In this document: one piece after another, positions 1 through 9,126 of the stretch
How positions within the stretch are numbered: the stretch's first letter is position 1
Layout of the letters: every line of letters starts with the position of its first letter
Source: Acidimicrobiia bacterium
GTDB taxonomy: Bacteria > Actinomycetota > Acidimicrobiia > Spongiisociales > UBA5794
Length of the DNA: 62,482 bases
Reading direction: 5' to 3'
Assembly (NCBI GenBank): GCA_029287195.1
Contig: JARFRN010000203.1
Location: forward strand, 1 to 62,482
Notes under the pieces: model-generated
What the model was told of the DNA's origin: nothing
What the model saw: the letters and a program-made list of their open reading frames with translations, nothing else
The model's database searches: none
Made by a program: the position numbers and the translations under genes

Positions 1-2184
1 GCTCATGCGGGTGCGCACGCCGTCGTCGTAGAGCACCCGCCCCAGGTGGATACCGTACTCAGCGCTGGTCGCGGCCAGGTTTGGATCGACCGGGATGTAC
101 TCGAGCGGCTGGACACCCGCATCGAGCGGCAGGACCAGACCTTCGCGGCCTTCGCCCCAGTCGAGGACGTCCCAGGTGACTCCGTGGTAGGCCGGCGCCA
201 CCCGTTCGATCTCCTTGGCGAGCGTCGCCGCCGACGGAGCACCCAGGTCACCGCCCATTCGCCGTGCCAGGTCGTCGAGCACAGACCAGGCGGGCCGGGT
301 CTGTCCCGGGCCCGGCACCAGGCGGTTCACCTTCTGCACTCGACCCTCGATGTTGGTAACGGTCCCTTCGACTTCGGCGAAGCCGACCACGGGGAACACC
401 ACATCGGCCAGACGACTCGAATCGGTCAGATACTGATCGAACGCAACCACCAGCTCGGCGTTGTCGAGTGCTTGGCGGGCCAGCTGCGGCGTCGGGTGGT
501 CTCGTATCGGATCGGTTCCCAGCAGTAGCAGCGCATTCAATTCACCATCGCGCAGCCCCTCGAGGATCCCGGTCGCGTTCCGTCCCAGACCCTCGGGAAG
601 GGGACCCCACTCTGCTTCCAGGATGTCATGGGCGCTTGTCTCCGACACGCGGCCCGGCAACAGGGTGGGCGCCAGTCCCATGTCGAGCGCACCGACCACA
701 TTGCCGCGGCGCGCCAGCGGGAGAATCTTCCCCTCCGGTAGATCTCGAGCGAATGCTGCTACTGCTTCCGCCAATCTGGCGTCTTCGCCGAGCCCGGTGC
801 GACCAACGACCGCCACCATCGGCCCCTCAGCAAGCGCAGCCGAGATCTCCTCGTAGTCTCCTCGGCCCGCGGCCAGTTCCCGCAGCACATCGGGCCCTCG
901 ACCCGGTTGGTAGCGCACTTTGTGGGTAGCAACGTCATCGAGGCCGGTCCGTCGCGGATGCACGAGGATGAGCGTCGCTCCTAATTCGGTGGCGGCACGC
1001 CGCACCCTGAGGTACAGCACCGGATACTCCTCCTTGAGATCCGCCGCCCACAGCAGGATGGTCTTGGCGGTTTCGAGATCGGGTATTCCGGCGCGGGGGG
1101 TAACACCGATGAGGAAGTGTGGATCCAGCCAGTCGTCGAGCTGTGCATCGATGTGGGGAGTGACCACGATGGTGCGGAGGAACTTGCCAAATACAAAGGC
1201 TTCCTCGTTGGTGCTGTTGGCTCCGCCCAGTCCGGCAACGCCATGTCCCGGATACTTGGCCAGGCGATCCGCAGCCAAATCCAGCGCCTCGCCCCATGTG
1301 GCCTCCCGGAAATCGCCGTTTTCCTTGATCAGCGGCGTGTGCAGCCTGGCTTCGTTGTGGATCGACTCGAAGATGAAGCGATCTTTATCGGAGAGCCACC
1401 CCTGATTTGTCGGCTCGTTGTCGATGCCGTCGATGCGCACCACCCGATTTTGGCTGGATTGCACCGACACCTTGGATCCGATCGAGTCGACCATCGACAC
1501 GCTCTCGACCGCCTCCAGATCCCAGGGCCGCGCCTTGAACCGATACGGAACCGCGGTAAGGGCGCCGACCGGGCAGATCTGCACGGTGTTACCGGAGAAG
1601 TAGGAAGCGAACGGTTCGTCCGGGAAGGTGAGGACCTGGACGGCGTTGCCCCGATCCTTGAACTCGATCAGCGGATCCCCCGAGATCTCGTCGGAAAAGC
1701 GCGTGCAGCGGGCACAAAGGATGCAGCGCTCCCGATCGAGCAGCACCAGCTCAGAAATCGGGATCGGCTTCTCATAGTGCCTCTTCTCCTCTACGAAGCG
1801 GCTCTCCCCGGGGCCATAGGCAAGGGTGTGATCCTGCAGCGGGCACTCGCCGCCCTTGTCGCAGATGGGGCAGTCGAGCGGGTGGTTGATGAGGAGGTAC
1901 TCGAGCACACCCTCCTGCGCCTTCTTCACAACAGCGGATTGGGTATCTACCTCCATCCCGTCGGTGACCCGAGTGGTGCATGACGGCAGCAGCATCGGCC
2001 CGCGGGGTCCCATCACCTCGACCAGGCACATTCGGCACATGCCGACGGGCTTCATCCGCGGGTGCCAGCAGAAACGGGGAATGAAGTTGCCGTTGTCCTC
2101 GGCCACCTTGATGAGAACCTCTCCGGCGGACCCTTGCATCTCGACGCCGTCGACGGTGATGGTGACCGGCTCGCGCTCAGCCAT
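1..2184 (-). CDS. nuoG: NADH-quinone oxidoreductase subunit G (N-terminal 728 codons; runs off the left edge)
   Basis: Absent from the ORF track because it is edge-truncated. Hand translation from ATG 2184..2182 gives MAEREPVTITVDGVEMQGSAGEVLIKVAEDNGNFIPRFCWHPRMKPVGMCRMCLVEV..., then HPLDCPICDKGGECPLQD and RCILCARCTRF (NuoG Fe-S cysteine motifs). The frame stays open to nt 1. The ATG overlaps the nuoF stop (ATGGCTGA). Confidence 0.9.
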   Translation of the reverse strand, partial: MAEREPVTITVDGVEMQGSAGEVLIKVAEDNGNFIPRFCWHPRMKPVGMCRMCLVEVMGPRGPMLLPSCTTRVTDGMEVDTQSAVVKKAQEGVLEYLLINHPLDCPICDKGGECPLQDHTLAYGPGESRFVEEKRHYEKPIPISELVLLDRERCILCARCTRFSDEISGDPLIEFKDRGNAVQVLTFPDEPFASYFSGNTVQICPVGALTAVPYRFKARPWDLEAVESVSMVDSIGSKVSVQSSQNRVVRIDGIDNEPTNQGWLSDKDRFIFESIHNEARLHTPLIKENGDFREATWGEALDLAADRLAKYPGHGVAGLGGANSTNEEAFVFGKFLRTIVVTPHIDAQLDDWLDPHFLIGVTPRAGIPDLETAKTILLWAADLKEEYPVLYLRVRRAATELGATLILVHPRRTGLDDVATHKVRYQPGRGPDVLRELAAGRGDYEEISAALAEGPMVAVVGRTGLGEDARLAEAVAAFARDLPEGKILPLARRGNVVGALDMGLAPTLLPGRVSETSAHDILEAEWGPLPEGLGRNATGILEGLRDGELNALLLLGTDPIRDHPTPQLARQALDNAELVVAFDQYLTDSSRLADVVFPVVGFAEVEGTVTNIEGRVQKVNRLVPGPGQTRPAWSVLDDLARRMGGDLGAPSAATLAKEIERVAPAYHGVTWDVLDWGEGREGLVLPLDAGVQPLEYIPVDPNLAATSAEYGIHLGRVLYDDGVRTRMS

Positions 2185-3454
2185 CTTCACCCCCGATCTT
2201 GGCCTCGACCTCGTCCCGGAAGAACTGCATGAGTGACACGACCGGAGCTGTCGCGGAGGGGCCCAGCGGGCAGATCGTCGTCATCAGCGGCGGCCAGGCC
2301 AGGCCGGGGCTGATGTTGTCGGACACGTCGAGGAGCAGATCCAAATCAGCCCGGCGACCGCGCCCGGTCATGATTCGATAGAGGATCCGCTCCAGCCAGC
2401 TGGTCCCTTCCCGGCAGGGCGTGCATTGCCCACATGACTCGTGGGCGTAGAAACGCACGATGCGATGCGCCGCCGCCACCACGTCGGTGCTGTCATCCAT
2501 GACGATGACCGCCCCCGAGCCCATCATCGATCCGTGTTCACCTGTGTCGTCGATGGTGGCGGGGGTATCGAGATGCTCTTCGGGAACGAACCACGGCGCC
2601 GACGACCCCCCGGGGATCCACGCCTTCAGCTCCCGCCCTTCGGGGATGCCACCTCCAAAATCGTAGATGATGTCACGCCACGGCATGCCCATGACGATTT
2701 CGTAGTTGCCCGGCTTGTTGACATGACCCGACAGGGAGATCATGCGCGTTCCGGCCGAGGTATCGGGGCCGATGCGAGCGTAGGCGGCACCCCCGTTGTT
2801 GACGATCCAGGGCACGTTGGACAGGGTTTCAACATTGTTGACGATGGTCGGCTTCGAATAGAGCCCCTCGACCGCCGGGAATGGGGGCTTGATGCGCGGC
2901 TCGCCGCGGCGACCCTCGAGGCTGTTGAGCAAGGCAGACTCCTCGCCGCAGATATAGGCGCCACCACCAAGATGAACCGTGATATCGAGATCGAACCCCG
3001 AGCCGAGAATGTCGGTTCCCAGGTACCCCTTGGCGTACGCCTCGTCGACGGCACGCTGGACACGCCGCGCCGGCTTCGGGTACTCGCCGCGGATATAGAT
3101 GAAGGCGTGATTCACGCTGAGCGCGAAGGACGTCAAGACCACACCCTCGACCAGCTGATGGGGATCGCGCTCCATCAGCTGGCGATCCTTGTAGGTGCCC
3201 GGCTCCGATTCGTCGGCGTTCACAACGAGGTAGGCGGGCTTGGCGGGAGCCAGGAAGCCCCATTTCACTCCTGCGGGGAAGTTGGCACCGCCGCGCCCGC
3301 GGATGTTGGACGCCTTGACCTCGGCCGTCACTCCCTCGGCTCCGATATCCAACAGCCCCTTGCGCAACGCGGTGTAGCCACCGGTGGCTTCGTAACGCTC
3401 GATGGTGTGGCTATCGCCGCGATGGGCCTCCATCCGCTCGGTGAGGATCTTCAC
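2177..3454 (-). CDS. nuoF: NADH-quinone oxidoreductase subunit F (NADH/FMN-binding)
   Basis: 425-aa ORF. Motifs: GRGGANFPAGVKWGF, ADESEPGTYKDR, ESCGQCTPCREG. Sits between nuoE and nuoG. Confidence 0.95.
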   Translation of the reverse strand: MKILTERMEAHRGDSHTIERYEATGGYTALRKGLLDIGAEGVTAEVKASNIRGRGGANFPAGVKWGFLAPAKPAYLVVNADESEPGTYKDRQLMERDPHQLVEGVVLTSFALSVNHAFIYIRGEYPKPARRVQRAVDEAYAKGYLGTDILGSGFDLDITVHLGGGAYICGEESALLNSLEGRRGEPRIKPPFPAVEGLYSKPTIVNNVETLSNVPWIVNNGGAAYARIGPDTSAGTRMISLSGHVNKPGNYEIVMGMPWRDIIYDFGGGIPEGRELKAWIPGGSSAPWFVPEEHLDTPATIDDTGEHGSMMGSGAVIVMDDSTDVVAAAHRIVRFYAHESCGQCTPCREGTSWLERILYRIMTGRGRRADLDLLLDVSDNISPGLAWPPLMTTICPLGPSATAPVVSLMQFFRDEVEAKIGGEDG

Positions 3455-4176
3455 GGCCGACCCCGGCTTCCTCGGGGGAAGGTTTGAGTTCCCTCTAGCT
3501 CGCCGGGCGAGTTCGGTGATGGAACGTCGCCTGCTGAAGACCCATAGGGGCCAAATGCCGGGACCGGGAGCACCGCTCCTTCCGCCTCTTTGATGCCCCA
3601 GTCAAAAGACCGGGCGCCGCCAAATAGTTGCTGCATCTCTTCCGTGTTGACCACCTCGGGTCGGCCGTGGCGCAGCCAGCGCACCAGTTCGCGAGCCTTC
3701 TCCGGGGTCACGCTCTCGATCATCTCCCAATTGACCAACACCACAGGGGCGCCGCCACAGGCACCGTTGCACTCGACGTGCTCCACGCTGAAGACCCCGT
3801 CGCCGCCGGTTTCGCCGTCGGGGACGCCGGTCTCGTCTTCGACTGCAGCCAGCACATCGTCGGCTCCCAGCAGGAAACAGGAGATGGAGGTACACACCCC
3901 CAGCAGGTAGTCGCCGACGGGTTCCCGCTTGTACATCGTGTAGAAGCTGGCCACCGCCTGCACCTGCGCGGACGAGAGTCCCGTAAGCACACCGACCTGC
4001 CGCATCCCTTCATTGGTCACGTAGCCGTTTTCGATCATCGACAGGTAGAGCAACGGCATCACTGCCGAGCGCTTCTCCGGGTACTGGGACAAGACCTTCT
4101 CGGCACGCTGTCGCGAAGCTTCACTCCAGTCGGCGATGGCGGCGGATTCCTCAGCGCTCAGCACGACGTCCTTCAT
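3451..4176 (-). CDS. nuoE: NADH-quinone oxidoreductase subunit E (2Fe-2S)
   Basis: 241-aa ORF. Motifs: VCTSISCFLLGADD and VECNGACGGAPV (thioredoxin-like 2Fe-2S). 4-nt overlap with nuoF. Confidence 0.9.
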   Translation of the reverse strand: MKDVVLSAEESAAIADWSEASRQRAEKVLSQYPEKRSAVMPLLYLSMIENGYVTNEGMRQVGVLTGLSSAQVQAVASFYTMYKREPVGDYLLGVCTSISCFLLGADDVLAAVEDETGVPDGETGGDGVFSVEHVECNGACGGAPVVLVNWEMIESVTPEKARELVRWLRHGRPEVVNTEEMQQLFGGARSFDWGIKEAEGAVLPVPAFGPYGSSAGDVPSPNSPGELEGTQTFPRGSRGRP

Positions 4177-5609
4177 CGATCAACGTCTCCGAGGACCGGA
4201 TCACAGGACGCAATGGTGGCGACGATGTCTGCCACCAGCGAGTCGGTCATCATCGTCGGCAGCGCCTGCACGTGATTGAAGGAAGGCGTCCGGGCGTGCA
4301 TCCGCCACGGGCGCTCCCGCCCATCGGACACGATGTACATGCCGAGCTCGCCGCGAGGTGACTCCACCGCCCGGTAGGTCTCCCCCACCGGCACCTTGAA
4401 CCCGCTGGTGAATAGTTTGAAGTGATGAATCAGGGCTTCCATGGACTCATCGATCCGCTTCCGCGGCGGGGGGGTCACCTTGCGGTCCGGAGTCCGGTAG
4501 TCACCGGGCGGCATCTTTTCCAGCACCTGTTTGACGATCCCGAGCGACTGCCAGATCTCCGCAATGCGCACCTGGTAGCGGTCCCACACATCCCCGTGCT
4601 TGCCCGTCGGCACCTCGAAGTCATATTTGTCGATACCGCTGTAGGGGAAGGCTTTGCGGATATCCCAATTGATGCCGGAGGCACGAGCAATCGGACCGCT
4701 CGCGCCGAGCGCCTTGCACTCTTCCGGTGTGATGACACCGACGCCGATGGTCCGGTCCTGGAAGATGGGATTGCCGTTGAGCAACTCTTCGTACTCGGCG
4801 ACTCCTTGCGAGACCTTCTCGATGATCCGTTCGACGTCTTCCTCCCAACCGTCGGGAAGGTCGGCGGCTACTCCACCGGGCCGAATGAAGTTGTGGTTCA
4901 TGCGCAAGCCGGTTGTCTTCTCGAAGAACTCGAGGATGTACTCGCGATCGCGCAGCCCGTAGATCAGCATCGACACCGCACCGAGGTCGGTGCCCTGGGT
5001 GGCGGCCCAAACCAGGTGGCTCGACACTCGATTGAGCTCGGTGAGCAGCACCCGGATGGCCTGGCCGCGCTCGGGAATCTCGACACCGAGCAGCGACTCG
5101 ACGGCCAGCGAGAAGGCCAGTTCCATGTGCATCGGTGATAGGTAATCCATCCGAGTGACGTTGGTGGAACCCTGCATGTATGTCAGGGTCTCGGCGGTCT
5201 TCTCCATGCCGGTGTGGAGGTAGCCGATGATCGGCTTGACCCGGCGAATCGTTTCGCCGTCGAGTTCGAGGTGCAAACGCAGAACCCCGTGGGTGGAGGG
5301 GTGCTGCGGTCCCATGTTGAGGATCTGCAGCTCATCGTCGTCGGCGGGTTCCTCGAAGATGAAGTCGTCCTCGACCACCGTGCCTCGGTGGAGATCGACC
5401 GCAGGATCCTGATCCGCCTCGAGCATCTCCTGGGCGCCCTCGTCGGTGTAGCTCCGCATCCATGCTGGCTCTTCGGTACCGGCGACCCACATGTCGTGAA
5501 TCTCGCGGCGCGCCGCGGCCGACTCCGATGCCGTATCGCGCAATTCCTCAGGAGCCTCCGTGGTCGGAGCCTCGAGATCGCCGGTTACTACGTTCGGTGT
5601 ATCGCTCAT
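4173..5609 (-). CDS. nuoD: NADH-quinone oxidoreductase subunit D
   Basis: Motifs: NMGPQHPSTHGVLRL, HTGMEKT, and a C-terminal ...CDPVLGDVDR. The ORF is open to 5687, but ATG 5609 (MSDTPNVV) overlaps the nuoC stop as ATGA and is the preferred start. About 110 aa precede the GPQHP motif, which is long and acidic. Confidence 0.88.
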   Translation of the reverse strand: MSDTPNVVTGDLEAPTTEAPEELRDTASESAAARREIHDMWVAGTEEPAWMRSYTDEGAQEMLEADQDPAVDLHRGTVVEDDFIFEEPADDDELQILNMGPQHPSTHGVLRLHLELDGETIRRVKPIIGYLHTGMEKTAETLTYMQGSTNVTRMDYLSPMHMELAFSLAVESLLGVEIPERGQAIRVLLTELNRVSSHLVWAATQGTDLGAVSMLIYGLRDREYILEFFEKTTGLRMNHNFIRPGGVAADLPDGWEEDVERIIEKVSQGVAEYEELLNGNPIFQDRTIGVGVITPEECKALGASGPIARASGINWDIRKAFPYSGIDKYDFEVPTGKHGDVWDRYQVRIAEIWQSLGIVKQVLEKMPPGDYRTPDRKVTPPPRKRIDESMEALIHHFKLFTSGFKVPVGETYRAVESPRGELGMYIVSDGRERPWRMHARTPSFNHVQALPTMMTDSLVADIVATIASCDPVLGDVDR

Positions 5610-6079
5610 GTCGCCTTGGGAGATCCTTTGAAACGGACGGGTACAGAACCAACCGAGTAGTCCTTGCGCAGCGGGTGACCTTCCCAATCGTCGGGGAGGA
5701 CCAGGCGGGTCAAGTCGGGGTGGCCGGAGAAGAGAATGCCAAAGAGGTCGAAAGTCTCCCTCTCATAGAAGTTGGCGCCGGGAAACACGCCGGTAATGGT
5801 CGGCAGCGTCGGATCAGGCGCCGCAACCCCAACCCGGATGCGGAGCCGCGCCGCCGGGTCCAGACACAGCAAATTGACGACTACTTCAAAACGGGGATTG
5901 CGCCGCAGGTAGTCGACACCGCAGAGATCGATGAAGAAATCAAAGCCGGCAGTCTTGGCGGCGACGACGAAGTCCACATAGGCCTCAGCGGGAACATGAG
6001 CGACATCTTGAGGAGGGTCGAGCACCTGCTCGAATTCGACCCCGGGGAAGGCAGCGGCCAGCCGTTCGAGCATCGTCAT
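5606..6079 (-). CDS. nuoC: NADH-quinone oxidoreductase subunit C
   Basis: Motifs: [38 protein letters not shown]. The start MTMLERL at 6079 overlaps the nuoB stop (ATGA). The ORF track extends to 6157. Confidence 0.85.
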   Translation of the reverse strand: MTMLERLAAAFPGVEFEQVLDPPQDVAHVPAEAYVDFVVAAKTAGFDFFIDLCGVDYLRRNPRFEVVVNLLCLDPAARLRIRVGVAAPDPTLPTITGVFPGANFYERETFDLFGILFSGHPDLTRLVLPDDWEGHPLRKDYSVGSVPVRFKGSPKAT

Positions 6080-6546
6080 CGCCTGATCTCCCCCGCCATG
6101 ACCTTGTCCTGCAACATCAGGATGCCGTGTAGCAAGGACTGGGGACCAGGCGGGCATCCGGGCACATACACGTCAACGGGGACGACCTGGTCGACTCCCT
6201 GTACCAGCGCGTAGTTGTTGAACATGCCTCCTGAGGAGGCACAGGCCCCCATCGAGATGACCCACTTGGGTTCCGACATCTGGTCGTAGACCTGGCGGAG
6301 AACCGGCGCCATCTTCTGCGATACTCGACCGGCGACCACCATCAGATCGGCCTGTCGAGGAGAGGCACGGAATACCTCCATGCCAAAACGAGCCAGGTCG
6401 TTGTGGGCGGCTCCGGTGGCCATCATTTCGATGGCGCAACAGGCCAGGCCGAAAGTGGCCGCCCACATGGAACGAGTCCTCGTCCAATTGACGGCGCTCT
6501 CGTAGGTTGTGAGCAAGAACCCCGAGGGTCCCGACCGATGCGCCAT
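6076..6546 (-). CDS. nuoB: NADH-quinone oxidoreductase subunit B
   Basis: Motifs: [33 protein letters not shown] (N2 cluster cysteines). Confidence 0.92.
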   Translation of the reverse strand: MAHRSGPSGFLLTTYESAVNWTRTRSMWAATFGLACCAIEMMATGAAHNDLARFGMEVFRASPRQADLMVVAGRVSQKMAPVLRQVYDQMSEPKWVISMGACASSGGMFNNYALVQGVDQVVPVDVYVPGCPPGPQSLLHGILMLQDKVMAGEIRR

Positions 6547-6983
6547 TACGCCGCTTCCTCCTGAGTCCCGGTGGGAGCGGACTCAGCGGGGGCAACCACA
6601 CGCCGGTAACGGGCCCGTCTGGCGACATTCCAATCGAGCGCGCCGCGTTTCCACACATAAACGAGGGTTTCGACGATGAGCAGCACGAAGATCCCCATCA
6701 TCAAGATTCCGCCCCACCCGAATGACTCCCAGCGCACCGCCCACGCGAAGAGGAAAACGATCTCGACGTCGAAGATCACAAACAGCATTGCGACGAGATA
6801 GAACTTCACCGGAAAGCGTTGTACCGGCTCCTGCAACGGCACGATCCCGCACTCATATGGGGCGAGCTTCTCGGGGGTAGGCCGTTTCGGGGCAAGGAGC
6901 CCGGAAAGGGTGAGACTGACGGCGGCGAAACCCACGGCGAGGATGAAGGCGAGGGCGATCGGCAGGTAGGCGGACAACGTCAT
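6546..6983 (-). CDS. nuoA: NADH-quinone oxidoreductase subunit A
   Basis: 145 aa with 3 TM segments. Motifs: [16 protein letters not shown]. First gene of the nuo cluster, with a 1-nt overlap with nuoB (TAATG). Confidence 0.9.
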   Translation of the reverse strand: MTLSAYLPIALAFILAVGFAAVSLTLSGLLAPKRPTPEKLAPYECGIVPLQEPVQRFPVKFYLVAMLFVIFDVEIVFLFAWAVRWESFGWGGILMMGIFVLLIVETLVYVWKRGALDWNVARRARYRRVVAPAESAPTGTQEEAA

Positions 6984-7014
6984 TGGGTGATGGAGCTCCT
7001 TCCGTGCCGCAAGA

Positions 7015-7032
7015 TTAGGAATCTATTCACAT
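7015..7032. promoter_or_regulatory. Candidate Rex operator (ROP-like) in the nuoA upstream region
   Basis: TTAGGAATCTATTCACAT is TAGGAA-N4-TTCACA, compared with the recalled Streptomyces ROP TGTGAA-N4-TTCACA. The right half is perfect and the left half matches 4/6. It lies 32-49 nt upstream of the nuoA start. rex is in this window. Confidence 0.3.
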
Positions 7033-7141
7033 GCATCCAAAGCCATTTGGAGTGCACCAGCCTATTGGGTTGTGGCGGGGTTGGATGACGGGGACGGGCG
7101 ACTGATCCTTCCCGTCCGGAGCCCCACCTAGAGTCGAGGCC

Positions 7142-8455
7142 GTGATCGACCAGACTCCGCCGGCCACTACGTCGATGCGTTCCTTCGTCATCGTGTGGTT
7201 CGGCCAGCTCGTATCACTAACCGGTACCGGCTTGACCGCCTTCGGGCTCCAGTTCTTCATCTACATCGAGACCGGTTCGGTGACGCGGGTGGCGCTGATT
7301 GCGCTGGCGTACTCGCTTCCTGCTGTGGTTCTTGCCCCGATCGCCGGTTCCATCGTCGATCGCTCCGACCGCCGGGTCGTAATGCTTTTTGCAGATGTCG
7401 TAGCCGGGGCGGCAACGCTGTCGCTGCTCTGGGCTCTGAGCTTCGGGCCGCTCCCCTTCTGGTTGATCTGCACCGCGACTTCGGTCGGGTCCGCAGCCAA
7501 CGCCTTCCAGGAGCCGGCGTGGCTGGCCTCGATTCCGGTGCTGGTTCCGCGAGCTCAACTGGGTCGCGCCAACGGAATGGTCCAGCTCAACTTCGGGCTT
7601 GCTGTGGTCATTGCCCCGGCTCTGGCCGGTGCGTTGCTTGCCGGGTTCGGTTTGCGGGCGGTGCTAGTGCTCGATGTGCTGACCTTTGCCGTAGGGATCG
7701 CGACACTCGCCGCAGTGCGCTTCCCGCAGTACGAGCGTGACGAGACGCCGGGGCGATCGGTGCGTTCCGATTCCGGGTTTGCCTGGCGCTACCTGCGGGA
7801 GAGACCCGGTTTGCTCTGGCTGCTGTGGATCTACAGCGGCGTGAACTTCATGCTGTCGATGACCAACATCCTCATCATTCCGCTCGTCGTCTCCTTCGCG
7901 ACCGAGGCGGCGGCGGGTGTCGTGCTCTCAATCTCCGGAGCGGGTGCCGTTGTCGGCAGCTTGATACTCAGCGCTTACGGCGAACCAAAGAGACTGGTGC
8001 CAACCATCATGGTGGGCATTGCCGTTTCCGGCTTGCTGACCGCGCTCGCCGGGATCCGCGCTTCTCTAGTTGTGATCACGATCCCCACCGTCCTGGTCCT
8101 GCTCGGTGTTCCCATCATCAATGGGGCAAGTCAGGTCATCTGGCAAACGAAGGTGACTGAAGGCGCCCAGGGTCGAGTTTTCTCGCTCCGACGCATGATC
8201 GGGCAGGCGATCTCTCCGATAGCGATCCTGCTTGCCGGACCCCTTGCCGATGAAGTGTTCGAGCCGGCACTCGCGGCGGGTGGGTCGCTGGCCGATTCGG
8301 TGGGATCGATCATCGGCACCGGTGCCGGCCGCGGCATCGGCGCTCTGTACATCGTCGCCGGGCTCTTCGTCTTCGTGCTGGGAGTGATCGGTTGGCTGCT
8401 CCCGCATGTCCGCAACATCGAGACCGAGCTACCGGACCTCGCCGGCCGCGACTAG
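7142..8455 (+). CDS. MFS transporter (12-TM, EntS/MFS_3-like)
   Basis: 437-aa hydrophobic ORF with a typical MFS loop motif (GSIVDRSDRRVVM) and about 12 predicted TM segments. GTG start; an alternative ATG is at 7175. Confidence 0.8.
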   Translation: MIDQTPPATTSMRSFVIVWFGQLVSLTGTGLTAFGLQFFIYIETGSVTRVALIALAYSLPAVVLAPIAGSIVDRSDRRVVMLFADVVAGAATLSLLWALSFGPLPFWLICTATSVGSAANAFQEPAWLASIPVLVPRAQLGRANGMVQLNFGLAVVIAPALAGALLAGFGLRAVLVLDVLTFAVGIATLAAVRFPQYERDETPGRSVRSDSGFAWRYLRERPGLLWLLWIYSGVNFMLSMTNILIIPLVVSFATEAAAGVVLSISGAGAVVGSLILSAYGEPKRLVPTIMVGIAVSGLLTALAGIRASLVVITIPTVLVLLGVPIINGASQVIWQTKVTEGAQGRVFSLRRMIGQAISPIAILLAGPLADEVFEPALAAGGSLADSVGSIIGTGAGRGIGALYIVAGLFVFVLGVIGWLLPHVRNIETELPDLAGRD

Positions 8456-9068
8456 CTCCGCCACAGGGCCAGCACGCCGTCGGCAACCAGCTGCACCGCC
8501 AGAGCCGCCAAAGTGATTCCGAACACCCGGGTAACGACGTTGATGCCGGTGAAACCGAGTACGTCGGTCACTCGACCGGCGAGCAGCAGCGCCACCCAGG
8601 CGAGCAGCAGCACCAGCAGAACCGATCCGAGCAGGATGGCCAGATACTCCGGCCGGCCGTCGGCGCGCGCCACGAACACGAGCACGGTGGCGAAGGCGCC
8701 GGGCCCGGCAAGGAGCGGGATCGCAAGCGGGAACACGGTCACATCCTCCCGGCCCGCCGCCTCGCTCTGCTCCTCGGCCGTGGTGCGTTCCCGGTGCGCC
8801 AGGATCATGTCGAAGGCCAGCTTGAACAGCAGGATGCCGCCGGCGATCCGCAGCGCTTCGATGCTCACCCCGAGGTGGCCCAGTAGCGACCTGCCCCCGA
8901 TACCGAAGAGGATTATGACCAGGGCAGCAATAAGCACCGCGTTGCGCGCGATGGTGTTCTGCTCGGAGCGCGACCGACCGGCAGTGATGCCCAAAACAGC
9001 GGGGCCAACCCCACCGGGTCCACAATCACCAGGAACGACAAGAAGGCGGATACGGCGAACTCGAGCAT
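8452..9068 (-). pseudogene. MarC-family (UPF0056) membrane protein with an apparent 1-nt deletion in an A4/T4 run
   Basis: Frame A from ATG 9068 reads MLEFAVSAFLSFLVIVDPVGLAPLF. The family-like continuation LGITAGRSRSEQNTIARNAVLIA... to the stop at 8452 is in another frame. The switch maps to the A4 run at 8993-8996. The span is 617 nt (3n+2), consistent with one missing base. The 392-aa track ORF (8452..9630) is an artefactual upstream extension. Confidence 0.6.
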
Positions 9069-9096
9069 GAGGCGGAGACAGTAACTGAATCCGCGG

Positions 9097-9114
9097 ACGG
9101 CGAGATCTCGCCGT
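9097..9114. promoter_or_regulatory. Perfect 18-bp palindrome in a divergent promoter region
   Basis: ACGGCGAGATCTCGCCGT equals its own reverse complement. It lies between the MarC-like start (9068) and the 9127 gene start. Confidence 0.3.
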
Positions 9115-9126
9115 TACGATCGGACC

